From Anthoceros angustus (taxonomy: Eukaryota; Plantae; Anthocerotophyta), in assembly GCA_010909165.1 (NCBI GenBank), contig MU008160.1:682001-746000 (forward strand): a stretch of 64,000 nt of DNA, read 5' to 3'. The notes under the pieces are model-generated. The model did no database searches, was not told the origin of the DNA, and saw only the letters and a list, made by a program, of their open reading frames with translations. Position numbers and translations under genes: made by a program. Positions 60,003-64,000 of the stretch are shown here, one piece after another (the first letter of the stretch is position 1; the number at the start of each line of letters is the position of its first letter).

Positions 60003-63000
60003 CCCATATACGTCACACTGATAACGTACATAATTTGTACACGTCCAAGATACTGTACTTTGTATTCATCGTTTCTGAAAACCTGTAGGGATACATACAC
60101 CCCACATTTCACCGCAGCGGCCTATTTTTTGTCTATCCGGTGTCGCGCAACCTACCTTCTCTAGCGGGCGTTACGTGCCCAGCTCGTGCCCCATGCCCGT
60201 CGGCTTCTTGCCGTGGCTCGCCCAGCCCTTGTTATCACTGCATTTACTAGCTTGTTCTTCTGCCTGCGAGTTTGTGCTTCGCGAAACCGTGTTTGCTATG
60301 CGCCGGCGTGGGGTTGTTTAGGCTCCATACATGGCCCTCCCCATCATTTCTAATTTCCTACTCCTCATCGTAAGTATGAGCAGGAAACCTCCTACACCCC
60401 CCCTGTTTTGCGATTTTCTTCCTCCCCTTCCTCTTGCGTTCGTCCGCGACTAGCTTTGCCCTTTCCATCGCATCCATCTCCCTTCCAGCCCTCTGCACGC
60501 ACCCACGGCACATACATCGCAGCATGCCCTTCATTACATGTGCAGCATATAGCGGTGTGCTACATCAGTGCTTACCTTCCCCGCACTCCATCCTGTTTTC
60601 TTATGTACCTCTTGCCCACCATCTGCTCCTTCCATCCTCGCTCTTTCCGCTGTGGCGGCCCGTGCCCTGGTCACACGGCCCCCGCTCGATGCCTCCACTG
60701 CGCCTCCCCCCGCTTTCCTCTTTCGGCCTCCACCCTTTGTCACAGGTGGCGTAGCCTCCAAGGGGGCCCCGCTGTGGAGGTCCATGCTTTCAGCGTCGGA
60801 GTGTGCCATGTATGTGTTTGGCAGTTTATGCGCCTCAATTTCGTCATTGCCTCATTCTCTGCGCCTTTATCTCTTGTTGCTGCCATCACATGTATCCCCT
60901 TTGCCATCTGCCTCTTTCTCCCTCTCGCCGACCTTAGCAAGCCTCCTTAAACCTCCTCGGCTCCAGCAAGCCCCCAACTCCCACAATTACCCCCTCCTTC
61001 ACTTCACAAGCACCCTTTGCCCCTACTTACTCATAAGCTCCCCGCTTCAACAAGCTCCCACCTCGGTTTGAAGCCTCCTGGGTCTGTCGCCCCACATCCA
61101 TTAATTGCAACAAAACCCGTATTTTTAGGTGTATATTGGTTATTTGTTTTGTTGCCTTTTCACCTGTCGATTATCATATCATTACGGCCTTCTCTTAGGA
61201 GTAAGGCTCGGTTTCTAATAAAAGAGAGAACTAATAACGAAAAGCTCGAATTTCAAAAGAAACCTCCGCAATTTATTGATGGCGGGCCCTCTTTGTCTTC
61301 CGGGTTAATAAGGTTATCTTAGGAGCTAATTGTATTATTCCTTATCTTTTTCATTCTATTCATTTTGAAGCTAGGCTCCTTTATTAGCCTCTTCTCTATT
61401 TTAACTATTCTTGTTTCTTTGTTCTTATCTCTTTTAAGTTATCTCTATGAAATAGAGACCCCTAATTATTAGTTATATCTTATAAAGCTTGCATATATAA
61501 AATTGGAGGCTTTTTCGTTTCTTTATTTGGCTTTTCTCCTCCACCCTTTTCTCAAGGCTTATAATCACTCTGTAGATTGGCTCGAGCTTGTTGCGGATCC
61601 ACATGACCCCATGCTCTTGGTAAGATTTCTTTTATGTATGTTCTTGTTGAAAGTTACATACTTTTGTTTCAAGGATCCTTAGATTGGACCCTTTGTATTA
61701 TCACATCCCTTAAGAATAAAGTGAAGTCCTTAGTGAGATTTCTTCTAGATACTATTCTAGAGTGGTTGCTCAAGCTTTGAAATTCTCTTGATGCCATAGT
61801 TTCTTGGATCCAAGAAGTTGATCCGAGACTCTCCCAAGCCCTTTTCATCGGTGGACAAGGGATCCCATATACGCTCACAATCGATAACGTACATAATTTG
61901 TACACGCCCGTGTGTACTTTGTATTCATCGCTTCTCGAAACCTCGTAGGGATACATACACCCCACATTTCACCGTGACGGGCCTATTTTTGTCTATCCTG
62001 TCGCGCAACCTACCTTCTCTAGGGCGACGTGCCCAGCCTGCCCGTGCTCTATGCCCGCCGGCTTCGCCATGGCTCGCCCTTGTTATCACGCATTTACTAG
62101 CTTGTTCTTCGTCATGAAGCTCAGCGAAACCGTGTTTGCTATGCGCCCGCGTTGTTTAGGCTCCATACATGGCCCTCCCCATCATTTCTAATTTCCTACT
62201 CCTCATCGTAAGCATGAGAAGGAAACCTCCTACACCCCCCCTGTTTTGCGATTTTCTTCCTCCCCTTCCTCTTGCGTTCGTCCGCGACCAGCTTTGCCCT
62301 TTCCATCGCATCCATCTCCCTTCCAGCCCTCTGCACGCACCCACGGCACATACATCGCAGCATGCCCTTCAGTACATGTGCAGCATATAGCGGTGTGCAC
62401 AACGACCTTTCGAATTGCTTACCTTCCCCGCACTCCATCCTGTTTTCTTATGTACCTCTTGCCCACCATCTGCTCCTTCCGTCCTCGCTCCCGTATGCCT
62501 GGTGCCTCGTCACACGGCCCCGCCGATGCCTCCACCGCGCCTCCCCGCTTCGCCTCCACCTTTGTCACAGGTGGCGAGCCTCCAAGGGGCCTACTGTGGA
62601 GGTCCATGCTTTCAGCGTCGGAGTGTGCCATGTATGTGTTTGGCACGAAGTTTGGCACGCCCTCAATTTCGTCCGCTGCCTCATTCTCTGCGCCATCATA
62701 TCTTGCTGCCATCACATGTATCCCTTTGCCATCCGCCTTTCTCCCTCCTCACGACCTTAGCAAGCCTCCTTAAACCTCCTCGGCTCCAGCAAGCCCCCAA
62801 CTCCCACAATTACCCCCTCCTTCACTTCACAAGCACCCTTTGCCCCTACTTACTCATAAGCTCCCCCAGCTTCAACAAGCTCCCACCTCAGTTTGAAGCC
62901 TCCTCGGTCCGTCGCCCCCACATCTGCTGCCATTAATTGCAACAAAACCCGTATTTTTAGGTGTATATTGGTTATTTGTTTTGTTGCCTTTTCACCTATT

Positions 63001-63740
63001 CAGTATCATATCATTCTGGCCTTCTCTTAGGAGTAAGGCTCTGGTTTCTAATAAAAGAGAGAACTAATAACATGAAACGTAAAGCTCAGAATTTCAAAAA
63101 GAAACCTCCGCAATTTATTGATGGCGGGCCCTCTTTGTCTTCCCGGGTTAATAAGGTTATCTTAGGAGCTAATTGTATTATTCCTTATCTTTTTCGTCAT
63201 TCTATTCATTTTCTGAAGCTAGGCTCCTTTATTAGCCTAGGCTTCTCTATTTTAACTATTCTTGTTTCTTTGTTCTTATCTCTTTTAAGTTATCTCTATG
63301 AAATAGAGAGACCCCTTAATTATTCGTTATATCTTATAAGAAAGCTTGCATATAAAATTGGAGGCTTTTTTCGTTCTTTATTTGGCTTTTCTCCTCCACC
63401 CAGCCCTTTTCTCAAGGCTTATAATCACTCTGTAGATTGGCTCGAGCTTGTTGCGGATCCCCTGCATGACCCCATGCTCTTGGTAAGATTTCTTTTATGT
63501 ATGTTCTTGTTGAAAGTTCTGTATACTTTTGTTTCAAGGATCCTTAGATTGGACCCTTTGTATTATCCTGTCCTTGCGCAGAATAAAGTGAAGTCCTTAG
63601 TGAGATTTCTTCTAGATACTATTCTAGAGTGGTTGCTCAAGCTTTGAAATTCTCTTGATGCCATAGTTTCTTGGATCCAAGAAGTTGATCCAGACTCTCC
63701 CAAGCCCTTTTCGCCACCATCAGGTGGACAAGGGATCCCA
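60003..63740. repeat. Tandem duplication ~1.86 kb (60003-61863 / 61864-63740)
   Basis: cccatatacg at 60003 and 61864; ggtggacaagggatccca ends both copies. Confidence 0.88.
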
Positions 63741-63956
63741 AATATAAAGGAGAGGTTAGTCCGATTAGAGCAAGACTCCCTCAAGCGAGAGCTTAACCTA
63801 AAAGGACTCATTGAAGAGTTGGCAGACACGAGGGAACAACTTCTCCAAACTCAATTAAAATTAGCCGAAACCAGGGGTGAACTTGCGAATGCAAAAGGAA
63901 CTCTTAAAGCTATCTATGCGGGACTACATAAATATGATCCTTGTTGCACGAGGTAA
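63072..63956 (+). CDS. Hypothetical transmembrane plus coiled-coil protein with an internal in-frame TGA (63645-63647)
   Basis: Frame of ORF 62961..63647 stays open ~100 codons past TGA (NSLDAIVSW...ELADTREQLLQTQLKLAETRGELANAKG...CCTR*); hydrophobic segments upstream. Confidence 0.45.
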
Positions 63957-64000
63957 GCACTTGAATTCGTAGAAGCACTTCCTCGACAAACAACCAAGCA

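Noticed and set aside
60408-62936. Pro/Ser/Leu-rich ORFs in the CT-rich duplicated region
   Set aside because: Frames not conserved between the two copies and no recognisable motifs

Overview
Eukaryotic nuclear DNA from a plant, most likely a seed-free land plant with U-to-C editing (hornwort, fern or lycophyte; inferred from a DYW:KP/GRP PPR gene). Roughly 80% is transposon-derived. It holds a Copia element (1-4.3 kb) and two copies of a non-chromovirus Ty3/Gypsy family with an extra 5' ORF (4.3-16.9 kb minus; 30.2-46.0 kb plus). The second Gypsy copy sits in a Copia>Gypsy>Copia nest (25.0-47.3 kb) whose two Copia elements have readable LTRs and TSDs. Also present are a CRE-like non-LTR RT fragment, a CACTA terminus, a hAT-type MITE and a MULE transposase relic. 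Host genes are an intronless GDSL esterase with a Ser/Pro tail and a ~987-aa PLS-class PPR protein. The PPR protein is the standout: two tandem OSB-type 'PDF' ssDNA-binding motifs are fused N-terminally to a PPR array ending in a DYW:KP (HAE...GRP) domain, the variant linked to U-to-C editing. A spliced antisense gene is also embedded in the 3' region of the innermost Copia. Many 1-3 bp deletions and five ~1.7-2.3 kb tandem duplications suggest a noisy long-read consensus, so many frameshifts may be artefacts. Domain calls are from motif recognition only; no searches were run.
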